Shown piece by piece: positions 9,246 through 20,217 of a stretch of 64,000 nt of DNA; within the stretch, counting starts at the first letter, position 1, and every line of letters begins with the position of its first letter. This stretch comes from Acidobacteriota bacterium. GTDB lineage: Bacteria; Acidobacteriota; UBA890; WLXD01. Where the stretch lies: the NCBI GenBank assembly GCA_963666215.2, contig CAXWPL010000005.1, positions 1,088,001 to 1,152,000 of the forward strand, in the 5' to 3' direction. Made by a program: the position numbers and the translations under genes. Under the pieces are notes generated by a model. The model made no database searches, was not told the DNA's origin, and was given only the letters and a program-made list of their open reading frames with translations.

Positions 9246-12200
9246 TCAACGGTCGAGTACCCTCAACCGCAGCTCGCGGCCATTGGCGCGGATCTCGGGA
9301 ACGTACATCGCCTGTGCGGTAACCGGTAACGCGTGGAACTCACCTGGGACCTCGGCGCGCAGCTCGTAGCGGATTTGCCAGACGCCCTGCGGCAGCGAGT
9401 CGACGAACATCGCGATATTGCGGTCGCGAAGCTCTTGATACACCCAGCGGCGCTCGATCCCGCCGCCACCCGTCGAGCCTCGACTCGCCAAGCGCGTGGC
9501 ACGCCGCGCGCGGGCCGCTTCGTCGGCGGGCGACTCGCCGGCATCCTCGACCATCGCCGCCACGGCGTCGCTGTCGAGCCGCTCGGCCCACAAGCGTTCG
9601 CCGCTGCGAATCTGTACCGCCTCGAGACCGGCCGGCTTGAGATCCTCGAAAAGAAGGTACTCGTAGTTGTTCTTGGTCTCGACATTCAGCACGACCTCCA
9701 CACGATCGCCGCTGTTGAGGGCATCGCCGTCCTCGACCCGCTGGCGTTGGGTGATCACGCCGCTCAGCAGTGTCGGACGCGTGGAGAGTCGGAAGTAGTC
9801 GCGGCGCACGAAGAGCTCGTTGCCTGCGGCGGTCACCGGCTCCTCGAGACTGGTGAAGCGAGCCTCTGCGGACCAGTAGAGGGCGCCGCTGCCGGACGTC
9901 CGACGCAGCTCGATGTGGTTATCACCATCGCGTAGAAGACCCACTTCGACGTCGAAGGTATTGGGAGCCGAGAGCGTGGTCTCGGGTGTAACCGTGCCGC
10001 TGCCGACCGGCGCCCCGTTGACGAGAACGTCGTAGGTGGCCTCGGTGGTCAGCTCACCGCTGGTGCGCAGGTAATCGTTCAGGGCCAGAACAACAATCGC
10101 GGTGTCACGGGTGTTGCTCCACTGCGCGCCACGACGGTTCTTGATGAGCCAGTTGGTCGATAGATCTACCAGCTCGTTGTCGGGATCGATTGCCAGGAAG
10201 GCTCGCAGCGCGAACGCAGTCGCCTCCACGCCACCATCCGACCACCGCCAGTAGAAGCCGTCGTTGCCCCAGTGCGCCGTGCCTGTTGGTGCCGACCCAG
10301 GCTGCGACAACCCCTGCTGGAGAACCGACCGATCGACAGCGCGATCGATCGCCGCGCCGTTCTCGAGGTTTCGAACAACAACCGCGGCACGATCTGCGTC
10401 GCCACTGTGATGCAGCGCCAATGCGAAGAGCGCGCGGGTGTACGCGTTGAGCCGACCGCGTTGGCCCCACAGGTTGTCGATGGCTTTGCGCTGGAGCTCG
10501 CTGGGGCTCGCACCAATCATTGACCGGTATGCAGACAACGCGTGCAGCATCCACGCTTGCATGTCGGGCGCGCGCTCGGCTTCGACCAGCTGCTTGTCGA
10601 GGTAGTCGGCGCCGCGGCTGATCACGCCGGAGCGAACCGTCACGCCTGCCTGTTGCGCCAGCCCAAGGCCCCAGACCGTATAGGCGCTCATGAAGCGATC
10701 GCTGTCGCCCTCTTTCCACCAGCCCCAGCCACCGTCGCGGTGCTGAAAGTCGTAGAGGCGGGCAAGACCACGCTCGATCACCTCATCGAGCTGACCCAGG
10801 TCCGTGGTCCCCTTCGGGTGAGTTTGTACGGCAGTCGCCTGTTCAATACCACCGAAAACTCGTGACATCGCAACTGCCGGATCGAGACCGACCGATCCGA
10901 GTGTGCCTGCCGTGATCACGGCGGGCAGGAAGCGGCTCATCGTCTGCTCGGTGCAGCCGTACGGGTAGTGCACCAGGTAGGGCAACGCATCGAGCATGGT
11001 GACGGCCAGGCTCGGGCTGACAGTGAGGCGCAGCTGCGTGGAATCGACCACTCGCGCAGCCGGCAGGGCGATGGTCGTGCTGGCGACGCTGCCGGTAGCC
11101 TTGCCAGCGGCTGCCACAAGCTTGTCGAGGCCATGCTCGTGCGCCAGGTAACGGCGCTCCATGGCATCGGAAAGCCCGCCGCCAACGCCGCTGACCCGCA
11201 GCTGTACGCTTCCCGCCTGCTCGACGCTCACTGTCCAGTCGACCCGAACTTCGCCGCCGGCGGCGATGGAAACCGCGGGTACCGTGCCGCCGCCGGAGCG
11301 CGAGCCGGAGCTCCAGCTCTGTAGATTCAGCCCCGACACCTGGAGCTCCGGGCTCACCGTCAGATCGCGATCGCTGTTGTTGTTGATGACCGCCGACAGC
11401 GTGGTCGTGTCGCCAACCACGAAGAAGCGCGGCCCTTGTAACCGGACGATGAGTGGCTTCTTCGAGCGCGTCGACGACGAGCCCATCCCGAAGCGGTTGC
11501 CCTCGCTCACCGCTCGAGCCGTGGCGCGCCAGGTCGTTAGCGAATCGGGCATCTTCAACTCGACGGTGGCACGGCCGTCCGCGCCCGTCATGACAGCGGG
11601 CTCCCACAATGCGGTCACGCGGAAGTCCGAGCGCACCTGAACCGCCTGCGGGCCGAGCTCGCCTGCGGCACCACTCACTCGCGACTCCTAGGACTCCAGG
11701 ACGGAGCCAACCGCCCTCATGTCGGCCATCGCCTGCGGCTGCGCGAGGGCGCCACGTCGGGCGCCGCCGCTGATGGCGTCGACGCTCATTCGTTCCTGCG
11801 CGACATTCGATTCGAGATCGGCCCGGAAGCTGCCACTGTCGTCGCCCGACTTGGCGAACGCTAGCCCATCCCGCTCGCGTACCAGGTCGCCATCACGGAG
11901 CTCGAAGCTCTCGAGCCGACTTTGCTCGTTCGAGCCCGCGGTCGTCACCAGGCGACGTCCTCGCGATCCGTAGAAGAAGCGACGCACGTCGCCTGCGAGA
12001 TCACCCTGGATCGAGTACACCGCCTCGTCGATCAAACCGAGCGCCACCTCGGCGGACACCGGTTCGCCCTGGCTATTGAGCGCGCGCACGTTGAGGGTGG
12101 CGGTGTCGCCCGGCAAGTACTGCTCGCGGTCAGCCTCGACCTCTACGGTCAAGAACTGCTTCTCCGGCGGTACAACAACGCGTTCGCTATCGCGGAAGAC

Positions 12201-15128
12201 CTCCGAGTCGGAGAACATCAATGCGTCGAGCCAGACGCTCGGGACGTGCTCCTCGCTCACCGGGAAGCGCAGAAGCTTCACGGTACCGGTGACGTGGACG
12301 AGCTCGTAGTGATGCAGCGTCTCCGACTCGACGCTGAACAGCACGTGGCGGCCGCTCGTGGGCACCGCGATCATTACGGTCGCCATCTCGCCGGCGACGA
12401 GCGTGTCTTTGTCGAGAATGATCTCGAGCCCGCCGTGTCGATAGCCCACCTCGGCGGTTCCCGCACGCGCCGACCAAATGTAGGTTTTGGCTGTCACCGG
12501 CGGCGCGCCGGCATCGGGGCCGATCCAGGCGATGCGATAGTAGCCGTCGTCGGCCGCGTCGAAGCGAAGCTCGCCACGACCAGATGCGTCGATGCTCACG
12601 GCGCGTGACACAACCTGTTCGCTGTCGTAGCCGTTGTCGCGCCAGCGCTGGCGCGTCACCTGCACCGTTCCCGATGCCGCGACCGGGTTGTTGTTGGCAT
12701 CGCGGGCTTCGAGCTCGACAACCACCGAATCGCCAGGCTGGTAGAGATGATGCTCGGCCCGCACTGCGATGCCGTAGCTCTGACGGGTTACCCGAACCGT
12801 GTCCGAGCCGGTCACCTCGCGGCGTGATGCGTCGGTAACCCGGGCCTCGACCCGGAAGCTGAGGTCGCCCTGGCTCCAGCCGGGCGTGCGCAGTGTGAAG
12901 CGCGCTTTGCCTGCCGCGTCGGTCGTTAACGTACGACGCTCGACAACCTGCCCGCCACCGTAGTCGTAGCGCGTGCGCGCCTCGTCGTAGTACCAGGCGT
13001 AGCGCCGCGGCCGTGGGATGTAGAGATTGAACGAGCTCTGCTCGACCACGACCTCGACCGTGGCGCCGGCCACAGGAGCGCCAAACAGGTAGTCGGCCTG
13101 AATCTCGATCGCGACGTCGTCACCAAGCCGGTGTGTCACCGGCGCACCGTCAACCTCGGGAGTCTGAACGCTGACAACGAACTCTGGCAGCTTGTACTCC
13201 TCCAGCCGAAAGAGCGCGGCGCTGCCTACCGATCGCCGGCCGCTGGAGGAGTCGACGAAGAACTGCACCATGTACTGGCCGAGAGGCAGTTCGGAGGACA
13301 GGGCGAGCTCGTCCCAGGCGCTGCCGAAGCCGTTGAGCTCTACCGTGCCGGACGCGATCTCGGTGCCGCGAGGATCGCGGATCTCGTACTCAACGTCGCG
13401 ATCGCCCGGTGTTTCGTACACGCGATCGATCATTCTCCTCGCGACAATCTTCCACTGCACCGTGTCTTCGGGCCGATAGGTGGGGCGATCGGTAAAAGCG
13501 TAGATTCGCCATTCCCCGTCGTCGTCCTGCTGCAGCTGCGCCCGCGTTCGTACGAACGCCTGGCGATCGCCGTCGGACGCCGCGACAAACAACTGGGCAC
13601 TGGAACGTGAAGTTGTCCCGAGCTCCAGGATCGCCAGGCCCTGCTCGGAAGTGCGCCCCTGGACCCTCCGCCAGAGCCATCCGTTCGTGTAGTGCCGCAT
13701 CCACCCACCGACCGCGGCGTTGGCGATCGGCGAGCCATCGACGGAGTCGCCGAAGTACACCAGGGCCTGTCCCTCGGAGGTCTTCACCGCGAGTGAAGCG
13801 TCGGTCACGAGCACCAGCGCACGTGAGCTGAGATCCCCGGCACGCGCCACCACGACATAGGCACCGATCTCACGCCGATCGAGCAGGAGATCTCGAAGTC
13901 CCGGTGCGTTGGGCTCGACATCTTCGGCGAGATCCAGTCGGCGGGTCTCGAGCGGCTCCTTTCCATCTACAGAGATCGAGTGTAGCCAATCGCGGCGTTC
14001 CGTCCCGCGGACGTCCTGAGCCAGCTGCGTCCGGTAAACGGCCAGCTCGACGCTGTCGATGTTGCGCCACTGCAGTCGCGCTCGGAGCTCGGAGCCAGGC
14101 AGAAAAAAGCTGTCTACCGAGAGATCCAACGACGGCATCGTGATCTGCTCGATCTGACGCCCGGCGTCGTCGTAGAAAGCGGTCTCGCCCTCACCGAGCT
14201 CCGAGCGCAGGCGGCTGAAGAGCGCTAGCGCGCCCTCGTAATCGGGTACGGCCTGGTACTCACCGCTGGCTCGCTGAACGGGTCGGCCACGCTGCGACAA
14301 CCAGAGGGCAAGCTGGTACAGGGCGTCGTCGTACCAATCGGTCGTGCGACCGAGGTCGATAACGCCCTCGAGCTCCTCCGGCACACGCTGGAGCTGCTCC
14401 CAGCCCGAGCCGCTCTGCATGAGCCGGCGGGCCAGCAGGTAGCGGCTATGAGCGCGGTCCTCGGCGCTTCTCGCTATACGGACGGCGTTCTCGAATATCT
14501 CCTGCTGGAGCTGATAGCCGTAGTTCGGGTAGGTGCTGTAGCTCGGCTCGAAGTAGCGCGTGAGCCGCCAAACCAGGTCAAGATACCGATCGCGGGCAAC
14601 CTCGAGGTTGGTTGACGATGCCCAACTCTGGAGTGCCTCTTCGTAGTGCGGCCAGGCCTGATTCCAGTCGTGCACATCACGGCGGGTCCACCAGAAGTCG
14701 CCGAGCGATTCGAGCACCGCGATGCGCGTGGCGTCGCGCGGGCCAGGCTCGGGAACGTCGGTGACCAGCGCCTCGAGGCGTCGACGCGCTGAGTCGAGCT
14801 CGGCTCGATCCGAGCCCCGCGTCGCCGACAGCGCTCGCCAGGCCGAATCGGCAATCCGGAAGCCGACCCAGCGAGACTCGGCAGCCGACAGCTCGAGCTC
14901 GGCGGCACGCTCGTAGATTCGTCGCGCGCGCTCGAACGAGCCCTCGGCGTGCAGCCGCTCACCCTCGGCGCGCAACTCGGCGTAGGTATTCAACTGGGTG
15001 GAGTAGGCGGCGCTCGGGATAGGGGAAGACGTTGCTGCCCCAGTCCCGATCGTCCACCCCGACAGCACCAGCAGGGTGCCTGTCAGCAGGGCACCGATGA
15101 CGCAAGCTCGCTTCGTTCGGTCGCTCAT
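9246..15128 (-). pseudogene. Bacterial alpha-2-macroglobulin (about 1960 codons) with an in-frame TAG at 11688-11690
   Basis: 5' ORF has a signal peptide and MG-domain motifs (FTDRPTYRP, FRLEEYKLP, LIDEAVY). 3' ORF has VRSDF..TALW, MPDSLTTW, thioester YPYGCTEQT, QHRDGGWGWW and AMYVPEI. Same frame: CTG GAG TCC TAG GAG TCG CGA GTG. Confidence 0.9.
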
Positions 15129-15225
15129 CTAGAGGCCTCGTGTGTGCCAGGGGGGTGGATATCTACTAGGACTGGCGACCCCCACGAAGTTGCACAACGT
15201 GGCGGACGATTTTTCGCCCCCGAGC

Positions 15226-16392
15226 CTACCGAGCGGGTCGAGCAATCGAGCTCTCGATCAGCCGCTTCACCTGCGGCCACTCACTGTCGAGGATGCTGTA
15301 GTAGAACGAATCGCGCAGCGAGCCATCGGGCATGATCATGTGCTGGCGAAACACGCCCTCGGGAACGCCACCGACGCGCTCGATCGCCACCTGCGAGGCC
15401 CGGTTGGCGTGATGTGTCTTGAACTCGACGCGGACGCAATCCCAGACCTCGAAGGCGTGCTGCAGCATCAGGTACTTGCACGCGGTATTGACGTGCGTTC
15501 GCTGCCAGCGCGGCGTGTACCAGGTAGCGCCGATCTCCACACGCCGGTTCTCGGGCGACGCGTTGAGGTAGGAACTGCTGCCCACCGCATCGCCGGACTC
15601 GGTGTCGTAGATCGCGAAGGTCAGGCCGGTGCCGCTGGCGTACAGACGCCTGCCCCACGCCACCAGCGCTGCCATCTCCTCGTCGGAGCTCACCGAGAAG
15701 GGCATGTAGGACCAGAGCTCGGGATGGCAAGCGATAGGCGAGAGGACGTCAACGTGCCCAGGCACCGTCGACGCCGAGGCCGTCGCCTGGAAAAACCGCA
15801 GCACGGGCTCGGCGTGATCGGGCCGCACGCGACGCAGAGCCAAGCCGAACATTACCGCAAAGAAGAGCAACGAGATGAGCTCTCCTTCGGCGGCGGCCTC
15901 GAACGGATTGGCTGGCACGAGCCGCACCAGCCAGGGCACCTCGGCGCCGGCTTCAGCGGAGCTCGCCGGGATCTCGAACCCCCGCATGGCCGCGGCCAGC
16001 TCGGCCCGGCGCGCGGCATCGACAGGGAACGTGGCCGTCGTGACCGTGCCGGCGAAGGCCCCGAGCATCAGGGACGCGACCAAAAGCCCAGCGAAAACGC
16101 AGAGCGTACGGCTCGCATGGCCGCGAGGCGCGTCGCCCTTGAGAGTGCCCGCAACGACGGTGATCAGACTACCTACCAGCAGAGGCAGAACGATAGCGCG
16201 CAACGTCCGCAACCAGAGCTGGCCACCGAGCTCGATCGCTTCGAGCGCCGGCCGAAATGCCTCGGGCGTCGGCTCCTGCAGGAGCACTCCGACAACCACT
16301 CCCGACACCGCGCCGAGCAGAGCCCATACCGAGCCCAGCTGTCGAGTGTCCGTCCCCGCGCCGCGCGCCGGTTCGGTCTCGCCGGCGGTCAC
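15226..16392 (-). pseudogene. Chimeric ORF: N-terminal half of a DAACS symporter fused in frame to an N-truncated GNAT (RimJ/L-like) acetyltransferase
   Basis: GTG at 16392 overlaps the upstream TGA. ...VPANPFEAAAEGELISLLFFAVMFGLAL...PVLRFFQ (DAACS) switches near 15760-15775 to ...LWSYMP...VEIGATWY...VRVEFKT..N.AS.AIERVG...EGVFRQH (GNAT). Confidence 0.75.
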
Positions 16393-17771
16393 GCTCCCAT
16401 CACCGCGGGCCGATGCGCGGTTGCGGTCGCGGCACCTGTCAGTCGAGCGGTCAGAATGGCAGTTGCCAGGTACGCGATGGAGTTGGCCGTGGTCTTGAAT
16501 ATGTCTGGGATCACTTCTGACGCCTTCACCAAGAGGTACAGCTCCAACGGAATCCCGAGCGCCAAGTAAAAGCCGACTCTCTCCGTGACGCCGAGCCGCG
16601 TCGGCATTCCCGACGAGGCGAAGCTCGTAAGCGTAACGCCTGCCATGAACGAGATGAGCTCGACGGGCGAATACTCGAAGCCGAACAGGTGTGCCAATAC
16701 GACGACACGAAAGACGCTGTCGCTCGGGAGACTGAAGCGCAGCGACGCCGCCGCCAGCGGCAGCGCGAAATCGAGCGCACGGCGGGGCACGCGTAGCGGT
16801 CCGCGCCCTGCCTCCACGAGCGCTGGCAAGGTAGCCAACGAAGAGCGCGTGATGCCGATGAGCTGCGCACGATGCAGGGCGCGCGCCAGCTGGCCCACCT
16901 GATAGCGCCCGGCACCCGGAGTTACCAGAAAAATGATCGCGGTCGGAAGCACGAGCGACGCTGTAAGCAAGGTCGCGTGGTAGGCAACGCCACCCGCCGC
17001 CTCGGGGCCGATGCGGCGCGCCATCGACAGGCCCACCGCGAGAACCCCGAGCGGCGTGAACCGCAGCAGCACGTAGATCAGCGCCATCGAGATCTCGCGG
17101 AAGGCGACGAAGAAACGTCGTACCGACCTCGTTGCCTTGGAGTCGGCACGGCGCAGCGCGATGCCGAACATCAGCGCAAAGAACATCACCTGCAGCAGCA
17201 GTGAGCGGTTCATCGCCGCGGCGAAGGGATTGTCGGGAACGACCTGCTCGACCCAACCACCGAAGCCGGTCACACCGCCCACAGCCTCGGGCTGGGTCAG
17301 TTGACGGGCTCCCGACTCGGTGAGCGCGGCACGGAGCTCATCGGGCGCGGGGAAGACGGCAACCGCAAGACTCCCAAACACGAGTCCGTAGATGACCGAT
17401 ATAAAGAGCAGTCCGGCAACCACGGCGCCGGTCACGACGCCCAGTCGGCCGCGCCCCTGACCACGCGGCTCACTCACGGCCACCACCACCAACGACACTA
17501 CGAGCGGGAAGAACACCATCTCCAAAGTACGAATCCAGAACCGGCCGCAAAGCTCGATGACCGATAGGAGAGGCTCGATCTGCGTCGGCGTATCAACCGG
17601 AAACACCCCACCAACGAGAAGGCCGACCACAAGCGCCAGGAATGACGTTAGTGCCCGAGGGCTTCGTCTCGACGCTGTCGATTCATCGCCGGTTGGCTCG
17701 ACTTCGTCTTCGGGGCGATCGATCGTCGACAACAGTGAGCTCCCAGAGCCATCGGAGGGGCCGCGGCCCAT
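16389..17771 (-). CDS. Dicarboxylate/amino acid:cation symporter (DAACS family), divergent
   Basis: Multi-TM; LEMVFFPLVVSLVV, VPDNPFAA, QVMFFALMFGIAL, TPLGV, TRSSLATLP, DIFKTTAN. Confidence 0.85.
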   Translation of the reverse strand: MGRGPSDGSGSSLLSTIDRPEDEVEPTGDESTASRRSPRALTSFLALVVGLLVGGVFPVDTPTQIEPLLSVIELCGRFWIRTLEMVFFPLVVSLVVVAVSEPRGQGRGRLGVVTGAVVAGLLFISVIYGLVFGSLAVAVFPAPDELRAALTESGARQLTQPEAVGGVTGFGGWVEQVVPDNPFAAAMNRSLLLQVMFFALMFGIALRRADSKATRSVRRFFVAFREISMALIYVLLRFTPLGVLAVGLSMARRIGPEAAGGVAYHATLLTASLVLPTAIIFLVTPGAGRYQVGQLARALHRAQLIGITRSSLATLPALVEAGRGPLRVPRRALDFALPLAAASLRFSLPSDSVFRVVVLAHLFGFEYSPVELISFMAGVTLTSFASSGMPTRLGVTERVGFYLALGIPLELYLLVKASEVIPDIFKTTANSIAYLATAILTARLTGAATATAHRPAVMGA

Positions 17772-17824
17772 CGCGAGCGTCCTGCCTCGCGCGCGGAGTC
17801 GAGCCCGTTCTCAGGCCGCCAGAA

Positions 17825-17890
17825 GGCCGCGCGTACGATATAGCGCGCGTCGCGGGAACGCCCCCGCGCTATATGCCACGCGCGCGGCCG
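17825..17890. repeat. Intergenic inverted repeat (hairpin)
   Basis: ATATAGCGCG (17838-17847) and CGCGCTATAT (17865-17874), with outer arms GGCCGCGCGT / ACGCGCGCGGCC; lies just after the Spy-like gene stop. Terminator or operator role is unproven. Confidence 0.5.
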
Positions 17891-17900
17891 TAACGACGCT

Positions 17901-18380
17901 CTACTTGCGCGCCGCGGCGCGCAGGGCCTGGAGCTTCGCCTGCTGCTCTGGGCGCAGCAGGTTCCTGATGCGGAGCAACAGTTTCAGATGCTCGAGCTTG
18001 ACTCGCTGCTCGAGGCTGAAGATCTTCTCGGCCCGCAACGCCGCCTCGTCGAGCCCGATCCCCTCCTGATCGATTGAGCGCAGCAAGGCAGTCGTCTGCC
18101 CGAGCAGCTCGAGCTGGAGGGGCACAAGCTCCGGCTGGACCTCCGTAATGAGCTCGACGATCTTCGCCTGCTGCTCCCATTCCAGGCCGATCTCGGTCCG
18201 ATAGCTGAAGATCAGCTCGGGCGTGAACAGTCTGTCCTCCACAGATGAGCCCAGCTGCAACTGCAACAACCCGCCGAAAGCAGCAACCGCCGGTTCGGAG
18301 CCACCGGCAGCGCCCATTGCGGCTGGTGCTGGAGAGACACAGACCAACGCCAGGCCGACGAGTGCCACCGCAGCCCTCAT
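17901..18380 (-). CDS. Periplasmic Spy/CpxP-like (LTxxQ) protein
   Basis: ATG overlaps the anti-sigma stop (ATGA); signal peptide; LEWEQQAKI and LLRPEQQAKL motifs; paralog of 19565-20020. Confidence 0.75.
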   Translation of the reverse strand: MRAAVALVGLALVCVSPAPAAMGAAGGSEPAVAAFGGLLQLQLGSSVEDRLFTPELIFSYRTEIGLEWEQQAKIVELITEVQPELVPLQLELLGQTTALLRSIDQEGIGLDEAALRAEKIFSLEQRVKLEHLKLLLRIRNLLRPEQQAKLQALRAAARK

Positions 18381-18895
18381 GGCGCCCCCTCGGGAAACTC
18401 GCGCGGCGCATCGTCGCGAGCCAGCTCGGAAAAGCCCTGGAAATCGCCCAACGCGGGGACACCGTCCCACAGCTCGTCGCCGGGCAGGGCCACCGGATCG
18501 AGCAGAAACGCTGTCGGCGACTCCCAGCCACCGAGCACCGGGTCGGCCAGATAGTCCTGCACCGCCTGCGCCAGCCGCAGCTCGAGGTCCGGCGCGTCGT
18601 TGTCGGGCAAGAGGACAACAACCAACAGCGCCGCCGCCAGACCCATCGGCACAAGCAGCCAGCGGCGCCCGCGCCAACGGTCCATCGCCCAAGCTCTGGG
18701 CGCACGACCCCGTGCCGCAACGGAATCCGCCGCGGCCCGGCCGCCAGGCGCGCCCGCCACCCCAACGGCTGTCGTCAGCGCCGCTCGAGCACGCTGCAAA
18801 GCCCGGGCAGCGTCGGGGACCCGGAGCTCGACCTCCTGCCGCAGATGATCGAAATCCGCGCGCAAATCGTCGTTAGACCGCGGCTGTTTCTTCAT
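18377..18895 (-). CDS. Putative single-TM anti-sigma factor
   Basis: Overlaps the ECF sigma 3' end; RRWLLVPMGLAAALLVVVLLP helix; WESPTAFLL motif. Confidence 0.65.
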   Translation of the reverse strand: MKKQPRSNDDLRADFDHLRQEVELRVPDAARALQRARAALTTAVGVAGAPGGRAAADSVAARGRAPRAWAMDRWRGRRWLLVPMGLAAALLVVVLLPDNDAPDLELRLAQAVQDYLADPVLGGWESPTAFLLDPVALPGDELWDGVPALGDFQGFSELARDDAPREFPEGAP

Positions 18896-19439
18896 CTCTC
18901 ACCTCGGTCAACGTTGAGCGCAGCCGGGCCTTGCCGCGCGCATAGTGGGTGCGGGCGCTGCCAACAGACACTCCGAGTGCCCGCGCCGCCTCCGAAACAC
19001 TCATGCCATCGTAGAACACCAGGTGCAGAACCTCCCGCTGACGCCTCGGAAGCTCCATCAGGGCATCGACCAGCCGCACACTGCGTTCCGAGTCGACGAA
19101 TGACACGTCGCTCTGAGGCACGGCACTGACGCCCGGACTTCGCGTGCGAGCCCATCGCTCCAAACGCTCCGTGCGCGAAGTGGTACGAGTGCGGTGCTCC
19201 AGAGCGGTGAGTCGGATCACTCCGAAGAGCCACGTCTTGAACGTCGATCGACTCTCGAAGCGCGCCTTGCCGGAAAGTACCTTGACGTAGGCGTCATGCA
19301 ACACATCCTCCACGGCTGTCGGATCCCAACGGCAGCAGCTCAGCGCCCAGGCAAAGCTGTTGCGATGCAAGCGCTCGAGCTCGCTCTCGAGACTTGTCGT
19401 GCTCCCTGGGTGAGCTTCGACGTCGAGATCGAGGGTCAA
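18873..19439 (-). CDS. ECF RNA polymerase sigma factor
   Basis: EDVLHDAY, RFESRSTFKTWLFGV (region 2) and LPRRQREVLHL..Y.GMSVSEAARALGVSVGSARTHYARGK (region 4). TTG start uncertain. Confidence 0.93.
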   Translation of the reverse strand: MTLDLDVEAHPGSTTSLESELERLHRNSFAWALSCCRWDPTAVEDVLHDAYVKVLSGKARFESRSTFKTWLFGVIRLTALEHRTRTTSRTERLERWARTRSPGVSAVPQSDVSFVDSERSVRLVDALMELPRRQREVLHLVFYDGMSVSEAARALGVSVGSARTHYARGKARLRSTLTEVRDEETAAV

Positions 19440-19508
19440 GATCTCGATCGCGGATTTTCAACCTGGCGACTCGGCATGCCACCGTCGCTCCGTCTAACGC
19501 GGCAACGA

Positions 19509-19549
19509 ATCGCGAGGGCGAACGGCACTCGACCGTCCGCCCTCGCGAT
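19509..19549 (-). terminator. Strong stem-loop after the Spy-like gene (terminator or mRNA stabiliser)
   Basis: ATCGCGAGGGCG-AACGG / CCGTC-CGCCCTCGCGAT, 17-bp stem with 7-nt loop; weak U-tract. Confidence 0.5.
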
Positions 19550-19564
19550 GGAGTCTGCTGGCTC

Positions 19565-20020
19565 CTACGAGCCCGATTCCGCCACTTTGACCTTTGTGTT
19601 CAGCTCCGTGAGCTTGGCCTCCTGCTCGGGCTCCAGTAGGTTCTTGACCTTCACCATGAGCTTGAAGTTGAGCATTTTCGCTTTGATCTCCTTGGCAAAG
19701 ATCGACTCGGCGGCCGCCACTGTGGTGGCCTCGTCCACCCAACCGTCGGCGAGGCTGACGCTCAGCGCCGCACGCTCTTCCTCGAGCTCCATCCAAAGCT
19801 GTTTGGCGGAGGCTTTCGAAACCTCGATCATCTCGGCGAGCTTCTGTTTCTGCTCGTCCGACAGCCAGATCTCCTCCTGATGCTCCATCACCGTCCACGG
19901 CGTGAACATCACCTTCGAGATCTCCGAGCTCAGATCCTGCTGTGCGTCAGCGGTGGACGGCAGCATGGCGACCAGGCCGAGCGCCAGTCCAAACGCCGTG
20001 CAAACTGCGATTCGTCGCAT
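19565..20020 (-). CDS. Periplasmic Spy/CpxP-like (LTxxQ) protein
   Basis: ATG at 20020 after GAGG; signal peptide ending ADA; LSDEQKQKL and LLEPEQEAKL motifs. Confidence 0.8.
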   Translation of the reverse strand: MRRIAVCTAFGLALGLVAMLPSTADAQQDLSSEISKVMFTPWTVMEHQEEIWLSDEQKQKLAEMIEVSKASAKQLWMELEEERAALSVSLADGWVDEATTVAAAESIFAKEIKAKMLNFKLMVKVKNLLEPEQEAKLTELNTKVKVAESGS

Positions 20021-20217
20021 GTTCTCTACCTCGGGGACTTGGGTTGGGCCTGCCGCACGCGGCGCCGCTAGAAGCGGTCCCGCATCGACCGACACCTTGG
20101 CTTCTCGTGCTTACGTGAGTCGCGAGCCCGATCCATATGGCACGGGCGTTCCCCTCCGGGATATTGAACCGCCCATCGAGCCATCGCCCGTGTCCACCCA
20201 GCGGCTACCAGTACCGT

